64,000 bases of DNA from Gammaproteobacteria bacterium (GCA_029882355.1 JAOUKV010000009.1:14807-78806), one strand, 5' to 3'; shown: positions 10,998 through 21,814, counted from the stretch's first letter. Notes: generated by a model from the letters alone, not told the origin. Program-made: numbers and translations.

Positions 10998-11729
10998 TTA
11001 CTTCTCTCCAATTACAACTTCAGTTCCAATAGACGGATTAACTAAAGCTTCAGGCAAAGCGCCTGCATCATTTAAATTAAAAATACGCAGTGGCAACTTA
11101 TTATCACGACATAAAACCACGGCGGTTGCATCCATAACCTGTAAGTTTTTATCCAGTACTTCGTCATAGCTCAGTTTCTCAAAGCGTTTAGCCGCAGGAT
11201 TCTTTACTGGGTCAGAATCAAACACACCATTCACCTTGGTCGCTTTCATTATAACATCAGCCTTGATTTCTATGGCGCGCAGGCAACCGGCGGTATCGGT
11301 AGTAAAATAAGGATTTCCGGTTCCAGCAGCACAGATCACCACCTTCGAATTTTCAAGATGAGCTATCGCATCACGCTGGGTAAACTCATCACATACTCGT
11401 GGCATGGCCAGTGCCGACATGACCACGGCCGACTGACCAATCTTTTCCAATGCATCCTGCATAGCAAGGCTGTTCATCACCGTCGCCAGCATACCCATGC
11501 TGTCACCCGTGACACGATTCATGCCTGATTCGGCCAGGCCCGCACCGCGGAAGATATTACCACCACCAATAACAATGCCTACCTCAACACCCATTGCGAC
11601 CACTTCTGCTATCTCTTTGGCAACACGATCAATCATGGCTGGATCAATACCATAATCCATCTCACCCATCAGCGCCTCGCCACTAAGTTTGATTAACACT
11701 CTTTTATATAAGATCGATTCTGATGTCAT
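10998..11729 (-). CDS. pyrH: UMP kinase
   Basis: 243 aa amino-acid kinase fold with the KLSGEAL motif. Confidence 0.95.
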   Translation of the reverse strand: MTSESILYKRVLIKLSGEALMGEMDYGIDPAMIDRVAKEIAEVVAMGVEVGIVIGGGNIFRGAGLAESGMNRVTGDSMGMLATVMNSLAMQDALEKIGQSAVVMSALAMPRVCDEFTQRDAIAHLENSKVVICAAGTGNPYFTTDTAGCLRAIEIKADVIMKATKVNGVFDSDPVKNPAAKRFEKLSYDEVLDKNLQVMDATAVVLCRDNKLPLRIFNLNDAGALPEALVNPSIGTEVVIGEK

Positions 11730-11751
11730 AACACTACCAAATGGGTTACAT

Positions 11752-11782
11752 AAAAAACCGGGGCAAATTCCCCGGTTTTTTT
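11752..11782 (-). terminator. Rho-independent terminator downstream of tsf (palindromic, so usable on either strand)
   Basis: AACCGGGG-caaatt-CCCCGGTT hairpin flanked by an A-run (11752-11757) and a T-run (11776-11782). It lies between the tsf stop and the pyrH start, as in E. coli. Confidence 0.75.
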
Positions 11783-11805
11783 ATTTTTTCAATACTGGCC
11801 TTTAC

Positions 11806-12693
11806 TTACTTAGCACCAATTTGTGCCATGACTTCGTCAGCAAAGTTTTCTACTTTTTTCTCGATGCCCTCACCAACTTCATAACGAATAAAGCGAGTAA
11901 CTGTTGCACCGGCATCAGCCAACAAAGCACCAACGGTTTTATCCGGATCTTTTACAAATGGCTGACCCACTAATGTGATCTCTGCCAGATATTTGCGGAT
12001 ACGACCTTCCAACATTTTTTCTACGATTTCAGCAGGCTTGCCACTTTCCAGTGCCTGAGCACGAAGAATCTCTTTTTCTTTATCAAGTACATCAGCAGAG
12101 ACTTCCGATTCTGATACATATGTAGGATTACTAGCTGCAATATGCATAGCGATATCTTTAATCAGGTCATCATTACCATTTTCCATCTCAACCAGTACGC
12201 TCATACGCGCACCATGCGCATAGCTACCGAATGCACCATTTGAAGTTTCTAGCAGTTCAAAACGGCGAACCTGAATATTCTCGCCAATCTTGGCAACCAT
12301 CGCCTGACGAGTTTCTTCAATAGAACCTTCGCCGCCTTCCATTGGAAGCGCAACCAGAGCTTCAACAGAAGCCGGCTGATTAGCCAGAGCTACTTTTGCT
12401 ACTGATGAAGCGAATGACATAAACTCATCGCCACCTGATACGAAATCAGTTTCACAGTTTGCTTCAAGAATAACGGCTTTCTTGCCGTCTTCGCTGATTT
12501 CAATCGCAACACGACCCTCGGCAGCAACACGACCAGCCTTCTTGTCGGCCTTGGCAAGACCAGACTTACGCATGTTTTCAATTGCAGTATCGATATTTCC
12601 TTCAGCTTCCTGCAGTGCTTTCTTACATTCCATCATGCCTGAGCCAGTACGCTCACGCAGTTCTTTAACCATTGACGCTGAAATCTGCATCAT
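11806..12693 (-). CDS. tsf: Elongation factor Ts
   Basis: 295 aa with the conserved EF-Ts N-terminal motif ([24 protein letters not shown]-like). Confidence 0.95.
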   Translation of the reverse strand: MMQISASMVKELRERTGSGMMECKKALQEAEGNIDTAIENMRKSGLAKADKKAGRVAAEGRVAIEISEDGKKAVILEANCETDFVSGGDEFMSFASSVAKVALANQPASVEALVALPMEGGEGSIEETRQAMVAKIGENIQVRRFELLETSNGAFGSYAHGARMSVLVEMENGNDDLIKDIAMHIAASNPTYVSESEVSADVLDKEKEILRAQALESGKPAEIVEKMLEGRIRKYLAEITLVGQPFVKDPDKTVGALLADAGATVTRFIRYEVGEGIEKKVENFADEVMAQIGAK

Positions 12694-12735
12694 TTCACCT
12701 CTTTAAATAGTAATAATCAGGGATTCGAATAATGA

Positions 12736-13665
12736 CTATTCGTCATCCTTTTTAGCGGCCTTTTTCTTAGGGGCTGCTTTCTTTTTAGGAGCTGCTTTCT
12801 TTTTAGGTGCGGCTTTCTTCTCAGGAGCAGCAGCTTCTTCAGCTTTCGCTTCTACAACAACTTCTGCAGGCGCTTCTACTGCTTCTACGACTGGCGCGTC
12901 TTCAGCTTTAGGTGCTGCTTTCTTTTTAGGTGCAGCTTTCTTCTTAGGCGCTGCTTTAGGCTCTTCCGCTCTTTGGATTACCGCTGCGGCACGACCTTCA
13001 ATCACTGCATCAGCTATACCCTGTGTGTATAAACGAAGCGCTTTAATCGCATCATCATTACCGGGAATAACATAATCAATACCATCAGGTGAGCTGTTTG
13101 AATCAACAATACCAAATACAGGAATACCCAGTGTTTTAGCTTCCAGTACGGCAATATCTTCGTGACCTACATCGATAACAAAAATCGCATCGGGTAGACC
13201 TTTCATATTCTTGATACCACCAAGAACTTTCTCTTTCTTTTCCATTTCGCGAGTCAGACCCAGTGCTTCTTTCTTGATCAAACGATCAAAAGAGCCATTA
13301 GTAGACATTTCTTCCAGCTCGATCAAACGCTGGATGGATTGACGAATAGTCGAGAAATTGGTCAACATACCGCCTAACCAACGATGATTTACAAAAGGCA
13401 TACCACAACGAGTTGCTTCTTCGCCTACAATTAGACGCGCTGCGCGTTTAGTACCAACAAAAAGGATGGTGCCTCTGTTTGATGCAATCTTGCCTAAAGC
13501 ATTAACCGCATCGTTATACATGGGTAATGTTTTTTCAAGATTGATAATATGGATCTTGTTACGTGCACCAAAAATGAACTCAGCCATTTTAGGATTCCAG
13601 AAACGTGTTTGGTGACCGAAATGAACGCCAGCTTCAAGCATAAGGCGCATAGATACGTTAGACAT
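12736..13665 (-). CDS. rpsB: 30S ribosomal protein S2 with an unusual ~75-aa Lys/Ala/Pro-rich C-terminal extension
   Basis: The first ~235 aa are a canonical S2. The C-terminus continues with [14 protein letters not shown] repeats interrupted by an acidic [18 protein letters not shown] block. 309 aa in total versus ~240 typical. Confidence 0.93.
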   Translation of the reverse strand: MSNVSMRLMLEAGVHFGHQTRFWNPKMAEFIFGARNKIHIINLEKTLPMYNDAVNALGKIASNRGTILFVGTKRAARLIVGEEATRCGMPFVNHRWLGGMLTNFSTIRQSIQRLIELEEMSTNGSFDRLIKKEALGLTREMEKKEKVLGGIKNMKGLPDAIFVIDVGHEDIAVLEAKTLGIPVFGIVDSNSSPDGIDYVIPGNDDAIKALRLYTQGIADAVIEGRAAAVIQRAEEPKAAPKKKAAPKKKAAPKAEDAPVVEAVEAPAEVVVEAKAEEAAAPEKKAAPKKKAAPKKKAAPKKKAAKKDDE

Positions 13666-13933
13666 AATTTTTTCCTATAGTAGGGTTAAGCCTCTATATA
13701 CCCCATGAAATAACCGTTTATTAAGACGGCACCCAATGACATGTGACGGTATATGTGAGAAGTAAAATTAGATATAGTCCACCCCTGGGCGGTCACTATA
13801 TCCCGTTAATGCCCAAGGAAACCTTGAGCGCGGGCGCTTTATACCATATTGAGAACTAAGAAACAACATTAGACAGCGTGTAATGCCTGCTCTAACATAA
13901 CGATAACCGATTGATTAACATAGAATAATTACC

Positions 13934-14701
13934 GTGACTATACTGATAAAAAATAAACAGGAAATTGAAAAAATGCGCATCGCTGGCCGCCTGGCGGGCG
14001 AGGTCCTGCAAATGATCCGTCCCCACGTCAAAGCCGGTATTACCACCGATGAGCTGGACAGGATTTGCCATGACTACATTGTTAACGAACAAAAAGCGAT
14101 TCCGGCACCACTGAACTATCATGGTTTTCCGAAATCCATTTGCACTTCGGTTAACCATCAGGTCTGCCACGGCATACCCAGTGGTAAAAAACTCAAAAAA
14201 GGCGACATCATCAATATAGACATCACCGTCATCAAAGATGAGTTCCACGGTGACACCAGCAAGATGTTTTATATTGGTGAACCACCGGTTAAGGCCAAAC
14301 GCGCCTCAGAAGTATCTCTGGCCTGCCTCAAGCTGGGCATAGAACAAGTTAAACCCGGTGCTCACCTCGGTGATATCGGCCATGTTATCCAGCAGTACGC
14401 TGAGTCACACAACTGCTCTGTGGTTAGAGAATACTGTGGCCATGGCATCGGTCGCGGCTTTCATGAAGACCCCCAAGTTCTACACTACGGCAAAGCCGGT
14501 ACAGGCGTTGTACTCGAAGCCGGCATGATCTTCACTATCGAGCCAATGATTAACGCCGGAAAACGCGAAGTGAAGTTACTCAGCGATAACTGGACCGTCG
14601 TCACCAAAGATCACAGCCCTTCGGGCCAGTGGGAGCACACTATACTAGTGACGGAAACAGGCCATGAAGTTCTGACCCAATGTCCTGGCGACGAAATTTA
14701 A
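13934..14701 (+). CDS. map: Methionine aminopeptidase type I
   Basis: 255 aa with the EIEKMRIAGRLA start and metal ligands, in map-glnD-dapE synteny. Confidence 0.95.
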   Translation: MTILIKNKQEIEKMRIAGRLAGEVLQMIRPHVKAGITTDELDRICHDYIVNEQKAIPAPLNYHGFPKSICTSVNHQVCHGIPSGKKLKKGDIINIDITVIKDEFHGDTSKMFYIGEPPVKAKRASEVSLACLKLGIEQVKPGAHLGDIGHVIQQYAESHNCSVVREYCGHGIGRGFHEDPQVLHYGKAGTGVVLEAGMIFTIEPMINAGKREVKLLSDNWTVVTKDHSPSGQWEHTILVTETGHEVLTQCPGDEI

Positions 14702-14718
14702 GTTAAAGCTTCCTGCTC

Positions 14719-17397
14719 ATGAAAAACGAACAAGCCACCGCGAATTCGCAGATCGAGTCTTTACTCGATTTAAGCGGACTTGAAAAAGTCTTTTCAGAAA
14801 ATAGCCTGAATGTTGTACTGCCATTAAAAAAGGCCGTCACTCAAATCAATGATGGCTTAAAAAATCTATATCAATCGGGCACTGATGTTGAAACTATTGT
14901 TCGTGGACGCTCAGACCTGATTGATCGCTTACTGGTCACCGTGTTTCAGCATTTATTTCGTGACGTTAGCCAACAGGTATCACTAATCGCGGTTGGCGGG
15001 TATGGTCGCGGTGAACTGCACCCTGCTTCTGATATTGATCTGATGCTGCTGCTGGCTGAAGAAGAAAATGAACAAACCAAAGAGGCACTGGAACGCTTCC
15101 TGACATTACTCTGGGATAGTCGCCTTGAAATCGGCCACAGCGTAAGAACACTCGATGAGTGCGTCACCGAGGCCAAAAAAGATATCACGGTCGTCACCAA
15201 TATAATGGAAGCGCGCCTACTCAGTGGCGATCAGAATCTGTTCAACGAGATGAAAGCTCGAACAGACCCTGACCGTATATGGGATAACCAGTCTTTTTTT
15301 CAATCCAAACTAGAAGAGCAGTTACAACGCAGCGGAAAGTTCAATGATACCGCCTATAGTTTAGAGCCTAACATTAAAGAAAGTCGTGGCGGCTTACGTG
15401 ACATACAAATGATCGGCTGGGTCGCCAAGCGTCACTTCAATGCGCAAAACATGCAAGACCTGGTCGCAAAAGATTTTCTGCAACAAGATGAGCTCAATAC
15501 CCTGTTAGAGGGGCAACACCTACTCTGGAAAATTCGTTGCAGCCTGCACTATTTAGCAGGGCGTCGTGAAGACCGTTTGCTGTTTGATTACCAACGTGAT
15601 CTCGCCGAGGAGTTTGGTTTTAAAAATGATGAAAACGATCATAATAACCAGGCCATTGAGCAATTCATGCAACAGTATTACCGCACCGTCATGGAACTGG
15701 AACGACTCAATGAAATGTTGTTGCAATTATTCAGGGAAGCCATTCTTTACGGCGATGAAGATTGTGAAGCTGAAATCATTAATAACGAATTTCAAACACG
15801 CCACGGTTATCTGGAAGTTCGCGACACCAGACTTTTTATTGATAAGCCATCAGCATTACTTGAATTATTTTATATCATGGAGGAACACCCTGAGATTCAG
15901 GGAGTGCGCGCTGAAACCATCCGACTGATTCGTGAACATAAACATTTAATCAATGATAATTTTCGCGCCTCAACAAAAGCAAAAAAAATATTTATAAAAA
16001 TCATTAACAACAATCGTGGCGTTACTCACGAATTGCGCAGAATGAATCGCTACGGCATTCTTGCAGCTTACATTCCTGCCTTTGAATCTATCGTCGGACG
16101 TATGCAATATGATTTATTTCATGCATATACCGTCGATCAGCACACGCTATTTGTTATCAGGAACTTACGGCGATTTTCTGTTCCCGAGTTCTGCCATGAG
16201 TTTCCGTTGGCCAGTGGCATATTTCATCATTTAAAAAAACCAGAATTACTCTACCTGGCCGGATTATTTCATGACATAGCCAAAGGCCGCCAGGGCGATC
16301 ATGCCATCCTTGGTGCAGAAGATGCACTCGAATTCTGCATCAGTCATGACATGAACACCAATGATGCGGAACTAGTCAGCTGGTTAGTACGCAGCCATTT
16401 GCTCATGTCAATAACCGCTCAACGAAAAGATATCAGTGACCCGGATATTATTAGAACATTTGCCGAGACTGTGCGCACAATAACGCGCCTGGATTATCTT
16501 TATCTGTTAACCATGTCAGATATCCGCTCAACCAATCCAAAACAATGGAACAGCTGGAAAGACAACTTGTTAAGTGAGTTATATAACAAAACAGCATCTC
16601 TGCTTCAAAAAGGTCTCGACACACAAATAGACAGATTTGAAAACATTCAGCTAAATCAGACTGATGCTTTACGCATGCTGGATCTCAAAGGTGTCAGCAC
16701 ACATCAGGCACATGAAATATGGAAAAACTTTAACAACGAATATTTTCTGCGACATACACCCGGCGAAATTGTCTGGCACACACAATTAATATTTAACAAA
16801 AGTAACGACAGAAAACCGTTAATAAAGGCTCGCATTAACAATCAGTCTGAAAGCCTGGAGCTTTTTGTTTACACACCATCAAGAGAAGCCATATTTGCAA
16901 CCGTGGTTAGCTCAGTTGGCCAACTAGGCCTGAACATCGTCAGTTCAGAAATAGTTAATTGTAAAAACAACTACGCACTCGAAACTTTCAAAATAATTTC
17001 TGACAACTACACACTTGAAGTGCTCGAACATAGTGTTATTGAAATACTGCCCGAGCTTCAGAGAAAACTTGCCAATAAAGACACCAAGCTAAACGATGCA
17101 AGCTGGGCAACGCCGCGAACGCATCGGCACTTCGATGTACCTACCCTGATCACTTTCGAAGAGATTGCCGAAACTAATACTGTTAGAATTCATATCGATA
17201 CTGTCGATCGTCCTGGCGTATTAACTTTTATCGCAAAAGCTTTTATTGAATGTAATATAAACATCCTCAGTGCAAAAATATCAACCGCCGGTGAAAAAGC
17301 TATCGACTACTTCGATATTCGACACAAAGATACAGAAAAAATTCTCGATAAAGAATTACAAGAACAACTAAAATCCACCTTACTTAACTATTTATAA
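14719..17397 (+). CDS. glnD: Bifunctional PII uridylyltransferase/uridylyl-removing enzyme
   Basis: 892 aa: nucleotidyltransferase domain (GGYGRGEL), HD domain and two C-terminal ACT domains. Confidence 0.93.
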   Translation: MKNEQATANSQIESLLDLSGLEKVFSENSLNVVLPLKKAVTQINDGLKNLYQSGTDVETIVRGRSDLIDRLLVTVFQHLFRDVSQQVSLIAVGGYGRGELHPASDIDLMLLLAEEENEQTKEALERFLTLLWDSRLEIGHSVRTLDECVTEAKKDITVVTNIMEARLLSGDQNLFNEMKARTDPDRIWDNQSFFQSKLEEQLQRSGKFNDTAYSLEPNIKESRGGLRDIQMIGWVAKRHFNAQNMQDLVAKDFLQQDELNTLLEGQHLLWKIRCSLHYLAGRREDRLLFDYQRDLAEEFGFKNDENDHNNQAIEQFMQQYYRTVMELERLNEMLLQLFREAILYGDEDCEAEIINNEFQTRHGYLEVRDTRLFIDKPSALLELFYIMEEHPEIQGVRAETIRLIREHKHLINDNFRASTKAKKIFIKIINNNRGVTHELRRMNRYGILAAYIPAFESIVGRMQYDLFHAYTVDQHTLFVIRNLRRFSVPEFCHEFPLASGIFHHLKKPELLYLAGLFHDIAKGRQGDHAILGAEDALEFCISHDMNTNDAELVSWLVRSHLLMSITAQRKDISDPDIIRTFAETVRTITRLDYLYLLTMSDIRSTNPKQWNSWKDNLLSELYNKTASLLQKGLDTQIDRFENIQLNQTDALRMLDLKGVSTHQAHEIWKNFNNEYFLRHTPGEIVWHTQLIFNKSNDRKPLIKARINNQSESLELFVYTPSREAIFATVVSSVGQLGLNIVSSEIVNCKNNYALETFKIISDNYTLEVLEHSVIEILPELQRKLANKDTKLNDASWATPRTHRHFDVPTLITFEEIAETNTVRIHIDTVDRPGVLTFIAKAFIECNINILSAKISTAGEKAIDYFDIRHKDTEKILDKELQEQLKSTLLNYL

Positions 17398-17403
17398 AAC
17401 AAC

Positions 17404-18531
17404 ATGTCGCATACACTTGATCTCGCTAAAGCTCTTATTTCACGCCCATCTGTCACACCAGACGATAAAGATTGCCAGAAACTAATGGCTGATTACTTAC
17501 AGCCTTTAGGATTTAATATTGAAAACATGAGATTTGGCGAGGTGGATAACCTCTGGGCGCGTTATGGCACAGAAGCGCCTCTGTTTGTTTTTGCAGGCCA
17601 TACCGACGTTGTGCCTACCGGTCCTGTAGATAAATGGACTCACCCTCCTTTTGAACCAACACTCGACGGTGACACACTCTATGGACGCGGCACTGCCGAC
17701 ATGAAAAGCAGCATCGCTGCGATGATGGTGGCCTGCAAAGCCGTTATTGAATCGGGCGCAGAAATCAAAGGTTCCATAGGTTTTTTAATCACCAGTGATG
17801 AAGAAGGCCCGGCGGCTGATGGTACGGTTCGTGTCATCGAAACGCTGGAGTCGCGTAACGAAAAAATCGACTGGTGTTTAGTTGGCGAACCTTCAAGCAC
17901 CAACACAGTCGGTGATGTTATTAAAAATGGTCGCCGTGGCTCAATCGGTGGCACGCTCACCATACACGGCCAACAAGGTCACATCGCCTACCCTCATCTA
18001 GCTGAAAACCCTATCCACCTGTTTTCAGCGGCGCTCAATGATTTAGTGACTGAGCACTGGGATGAAGGTAATGAGTTTTTTCCGCCGACCAGCTTCCAGA
18101 TTTCGAACATCAATGCCGGCACCGGTGCCACCAATGTTATCCCCGGTGATTTAGAAGTGCTATTTAACCTTCGCTTCTCGACTGAAATCACACACACTGA
18201 AATACAGACGCGCATCGAGTCCATCTTAAATAAACATCAGTTCAAATACACACTCGACTGGTCACTGTCGGGTCAGGCATTTTTAACACCACGCGGTGAA
18301 CTGGTCGATGCGGTGCAGGCCGCTATTCTAGATGTATGTGATATTCAAACTGAGTTATCAACAGCTGGCGGCACCTCAGATGGACGTTTCATCGCACCGA
18401 CTGGCGCACAGGTCGTTGAAGTTGGCCCGGTAAACGAAAGCATCCACAAAATTGATGAAAATATTAATATTAAGGATCTAGAAAAACTGACCGATATTTA
18501 CAAAAATATACTTATTAATTTATTGACCTAA
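17404..18531 (+). CDS. dapE: Succinyl-diaminopimelate desuccinylase
   Basis: 375 aa M20 peptidase (GHTDVVP, GRGTADMK motifs), downstream of glnD. Confidence 0.93.
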   Translation: MSHTLDLAKALISRPSVTPDDKDCQKLMADYLQPLGFNIENMRFGEVDNLWARYGTEAPLFVFAGHTDVVPTGPVDKWTHPPFEPTLDGDTLYGRGTADMKSSIAAMMVACKAVIESGAEIKGSIGFLITSDEEGPAADGTVRVIETLESRNEKIDWCLVGEPSSTNTVGDVIKNGRRGSIGGTLTIHGQQGHIAYPHLAENPIHLFSAALNDLVTEHWDEGNEFFPPTSFQISNINAGTGATNVIPGDLEVLFNLRFSTEITHTEIQTRIESILNKHQFKYTLDWSLSGQAFLTPRGELVDAVQAAILDVCDIQTELSTAGGTSDGRFIAPTGAQVVEVGPVNESIHKIDENINIKDLEKLTDIYKNILINLLT

Positions 18532-18554
18532 AAAGATCTAATCAGGAGTCAAAC

Positions 18555-18938
18555 ATGAACCTCGAAAAAGTCGTATTCAGCTTTTTTATGATATTAGCTC
18601 TAACACTCAACTTCGGTTTTTTTTACGGTGATGTTGGCAATCCCGATCATCATAATATCTATGAATTATTTGCCGTCATCGTCATTAACCTGATCGCCAC
18701 GGTGCTTAAATTTGGTGACCGCTCACAACTGGGAGCAATGTTATTAGCCACCAGCCTGGTTGCCGTCGCGCAATTAATCTCTGCCTCCGTAGTCTGGACT
18801 TTTGCTGTCCACGTCCAGGAAACGGGCATGACCCCCACCGTCATGGCGACCATCGTTTCACTCAGTGGCGGTGCGTTACTGGCAAATATTATCTCAGTCA
18901 TTCTTTTGATGATTGAAGCCGCCATGTTGCGCCACTAA
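18555..18938 (+). CDS. Small polytopic membrane protein (127 aa, ~4 TM), unknown function
   Basis: Hydrophobic ORF whose stop lies 12 bp upstream of the K+ channel start, so probably co-transcribed. Confidence 0.55.
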   Translation: MNLEKVVFSFFMILALTLNFGFFYGDVGNPDHHNIYELFAVIVINLIATVLKFGDRSQLGAMLLATSLVAVAQLISASVVWTFAVHVQETGMTPTVMATIVSLSGGALLANIISVILLMIEAAMLRH

Positions 18939-18950
18939 AAGAGAAGAACC

Positions 18951-20720
18951 ATGAATATGGTGACCTCAATAATACTTCGGCGCATGCGCACGCCGTTTTT
19001 AATATTGATAGGTGTTTATAGCGTAACCATATTGGGCATGGTGCTGATCCCTGGTGTTGATGACCAGGGCAACGTTTGGCGCATGAGTTTTTTCCATGCC
19101 TTCTACTTTGTTAGCTTTACCGCCACCACCATCGGTTTTGGTGAAATCCCCTATGCACTGACTGATGCACAACGCTTATGGGCACTGGTAACCGTCTACT
19201 CTACCGTTATCGCCTGGTTTTTTGCACTGGGTAAAATCCTTGGCCTTATACAGGACAAAGCTTTTAAAGCCGCTGTTGCCGCCAATAAATTTAAAAATGA
19301 CATCAAGACCATTCATCAACCCTTCTATCTTATTTGCGGTTTTGGTGAAACCGGCAAAGCCATGGTTAATTCCCTCACCGAAGAACATTACCGTACTGTC
19401 GTCGTTGAAAAAGACGAAAAAAACCTCAACCAGTTAAATCTTGATGAACTCAAAGAATACGTTCCCAGTATTATCGGTGACGCATCCGAACCCGACGTAC
19501 TGGAATTAGCCGGCATCAGACACAAAATGTGTCAGGGCGTCATAGCCATTACCGCTTCTGATGAAACTAATTTAAAAATAGCCATCACCAGCAAATTATT
19601 ACACCCGGAAATAACAGTAGCCTGCCGGTCAGAATTCAAAGATTTCGAAGACAATATGCTGTCATTCGGCACCGAATATATTGTTAATCCGTTTGAGAGT
19701 TTTGCCGATATCTTCTCTATGCTGATACTTTCGCCTTCTCTGTATCTTATATATGACTGGTTAACCGGTGCACCCAACACAAAACTCAGCGAACCTATCT
19801 ACATAAACAAAGGACCGTGGATACTCTGTGGTTATGGTCGATTTGGCCGTGAACTTTATAAACACCTAAAAGCCAGAAACATCCCCACGGTTATCATTGA
19901 TCCCGATGAAAATCTGAAAGCTGAATTCGATAAACAGGGAGAAGACAGCCCATTTATCATCGGCACTGGAACCGATCACATAACATTAAACAAGGCCGGC
20001 ATTGTCACAGCCTCGGGCCTTATTGCGGGTTCCGACAATGACTCCAATAATCTGTCCATGATCATGACAGCGTTAGAAATCAACCCCAATACGTTTATCA
20101 TTGCCAGACAAAACAAATGGAACAACCACATTCTTTATTCATCATTTGATAAACACCATAAACATTCAGATGCTGCCGCTACCTGTCTGGTTATGCATCC
20201 ACGGGAAATCATCGCCAGAAAAATCCGCGCTTATTGTCTCACCCCATTAATGGATAATTTTTTAAATCTAGCCAGACAACAGGATAACGAATGGTCAAAT
20301 ATCACCATCAGCAGGCTTAGCGCCATTGTGGGTGAATCAAGGCCGCACGTGTGGTCGGTGAATATCAATCAATCCTCTGCCCCCGTCATCACCGAGGCTT
20401 TAACAAGTGGTCGCACAATTATGATTTCACATCTGATGCAAGACCCCGGCGACCGTCTATCTCAGCTGCGTTGTGTACCTTTATTACTCATACGGGATAA
20501 TCAGGAAATCCTGCTTCCCGAAGACGATCTGGAAATTAAAATTGACGACGAACTACTCTTCTGCGGAACACATCATGTCAGGGACAATATGCACTGGACA
20601 CTCAACGTGATGCGCAGTCTAAATTACATAATGAGCTTCAAAGATGAACCTGAATCCTATATCTGGCGGTTGTATTATCGTCATCGGGAAAAGATGGAGA
20701 GAAGGAAGAACTTGCGTTAG
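18951..20720 (+). CDS. Two-TM potassium-channel-like protein with tandem RCK/TrkA-N domains
   Basis: N-terminal pore region with the filter-like TATTIGFGEIP. Two Rossmann GxGxxG motifs (ICGFGETGKAM, ILCGYGRFGRELY) typical of RCK domains. Confidence 0.75.
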   Translation: MNMVTSIILRRMRTPFLILIGVYSVTILGMVLIPGVDDQGNVWRMSFFHAFYFVSFTATTIGFGEIPYALTDAQRLWALVTVYSTVIAWFFALGKILGLIQDKAFKAAVAANKFKNDIKTIHQPFYLICGFGETGKAMVNSLTEEHYRTVVVEKDEKNLNQLNLDELKEYVPSIIGDASEPDVLELAGIRHKMCQGVIAITASDETNLKIAITSKLLHPEITVACRSEFKDFEDNMLSFGTEYIVNPFESFADIFSMLILSPSLYLIYDWLTGAPNTKLSEPIYINKGPWILCGYGRFGRELYKHLKARNIPTVIIDPDENLKAEFDKQGEDSPFIIGTGTDHITLNKAGIVTASGLIAGSDNDSNNLSMIMTALEINPNTFIIARQNKWNNHILYSSFDKHHKHSDAAATCLVMHPREIIARKIRAYCLTPLMDNFLNLARQQDNEWSNITISRLSAIVGESRPHVWSVNINQSSAPVITEALTSGRTIMISHLMQDPGDRLSQLRCVPLLLIRDNQEILLPEDDLEIKIDDELLFCGTHHVRDNMHWTLNVMRSLNYIMSFKDEPESYIWRLYYRHREKMERRKNLR

Positions 20721-20781
20721 GGTAAGTCTTGTAGGGTGGACTAAAAAATTATTTCCCACGTGTTTTTGTAGGATGTAAGCT

Positions 20782-21366
20782 TTAAAAATAATCGCTCAGT
20801 AATTCCGTTGCCCACCCGGGCAGATCATCCACCAGTAACTCAAGATTCCCATCAATAATTGTAGCAATTTGTTTGAAAGGATCATCTGCACGCGAATTAT
20901 TTAGAATCCTTACATGGTTACAAAGAGGCAGTGCTTTTTTTATATGGTCAAGTAACCGCGGTATCCGATCTTCAATTTTTTTATCCGGTACGTTGTGCCC
21001 GCCTTCATTGACGCGCTGTGACACTCGCGCCTTATTCAGTGAGTCGGAATCCAGATGAATCATTACCAGGACAACTTCATAACCGAGAGTTTTTGCCTGT
21101 GCAAGAAAATCGATTTTTGAAGGATGAGAGAACACCGTTTCAAAACAAAAACTTCGCCCTTCAAGAATTAGCTCCGATCGCTTTTCGGCCGCTATTTGTG
21201 CCGCCTCATAACTATGCTGTTCAGGAGATTCAGGGTAAAGCTCTTTTGCAAGGATATCGGCGTTGATAAAGGGCAATCCGAGTGGCGCCAGTTGTGTACG
21301 ATAAAAAGTACTCTTACCAGCACCGTTCCCCCCGGCAAGCAGCCACAGCTGCTTACGCAGAGTCAA
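20782..21366 (-). CDS. Zeta-toxin-family P-loop kinase (COG4185-like), putative type II toxin
   Basis: 194 aa with Walker A LLAGGNGAGKSTF and the RVSQRVNEGGHNVPDKKIEDR motif typical of short zeta-toxin/AAA_33 kinases. Its start overlaps the upstream antitoxin gene by 14 nt. Confidence 0.7.
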   Translation of the reverse strand: MTLRKQLWLLAGGNGAGKSTFYRTQLAPLGLPFINADILAKELYPESPEQHSYEAAQIAAEKRSELILEGRSFCFETVFSHPSKIDFLAQAKTLGYEVVLVMIHLDSDSLNKARVSQRVNEGGHNVPDKKIEDRIPRLLDHIKKALPLCNHVRILNNSRADDPFKQIATIIDGNLELLVDDLPGWATELLSDYF

Positions 21367-21775
21367 CGCTTAACTCGGTTGAGATGATAAATTCACCATT
21401 TTTAAATTGACCGATGTCAACCCGATCATCCTGAATGCGCTCAAGTTGACCCAGGTGGGAGAGCGAGGCCTGATATTTAACCGCACTATTTGTCACCGTA
21501 GCTGCGAGTGTTCCATGTAAACGTTCAGCCTCCATCGATTGAAAGACGGCATTGGGGTCAATTGGCTCAGCCAATACGGGTTCCACTTTGACTCGAGATA
21601 ATCCTGTGGAAATAGACAAAAGAGTATCAGCATCAATAACAGTGGAGACACGACGACCGATATCAGCCCAGTACTCTACTTGCTCAGAAGCACTTCGATG
21701 AAAACGCTCTCCGGCCAGCGTGGCGGCCTGCATGAGATCTTGCTGAAGACGAACGGGAGATGCAGCTTTAGCCAT
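21353..21775 (-). CDS. ParD-like antitoxin (PF11903-type)
   Basis: 140 aa whose N-terminus (ASPVRLQQDLMQAATLAGERFHRSASEQVEYWADIGRRV) matches the ParD_like antitoxin family that partners zeta-like kinases. Overlaps the toxin gene. Confidence 0.65.
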   Translation of the reverse strand: MAKAASPVRLQQDLMQAATLAGERFHRSASEQVEYWADIGRRVSTVIDADTLLSISTGLSRVKVEPVLAEPIDPNAVFQSMEAERLHGTLAATVTNSAVKYQASLSHLGQLERIQDDRVDIGQFKNGEFIISTELSVDSA

Positions 21776-21814
21776 AAACCTAACCTCATAGTGATTAACG
21801 AAACATTGGATTCA

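Noticed and set aside
13892-14248. 118-aa minus-strand ORF overlapping the 5' part of map
   Set aside because: It is antisense to a highly conserved gene (methionine aminopeptidase). It has no RBS and no recognisable domain, so it is a typical shadow ORF.
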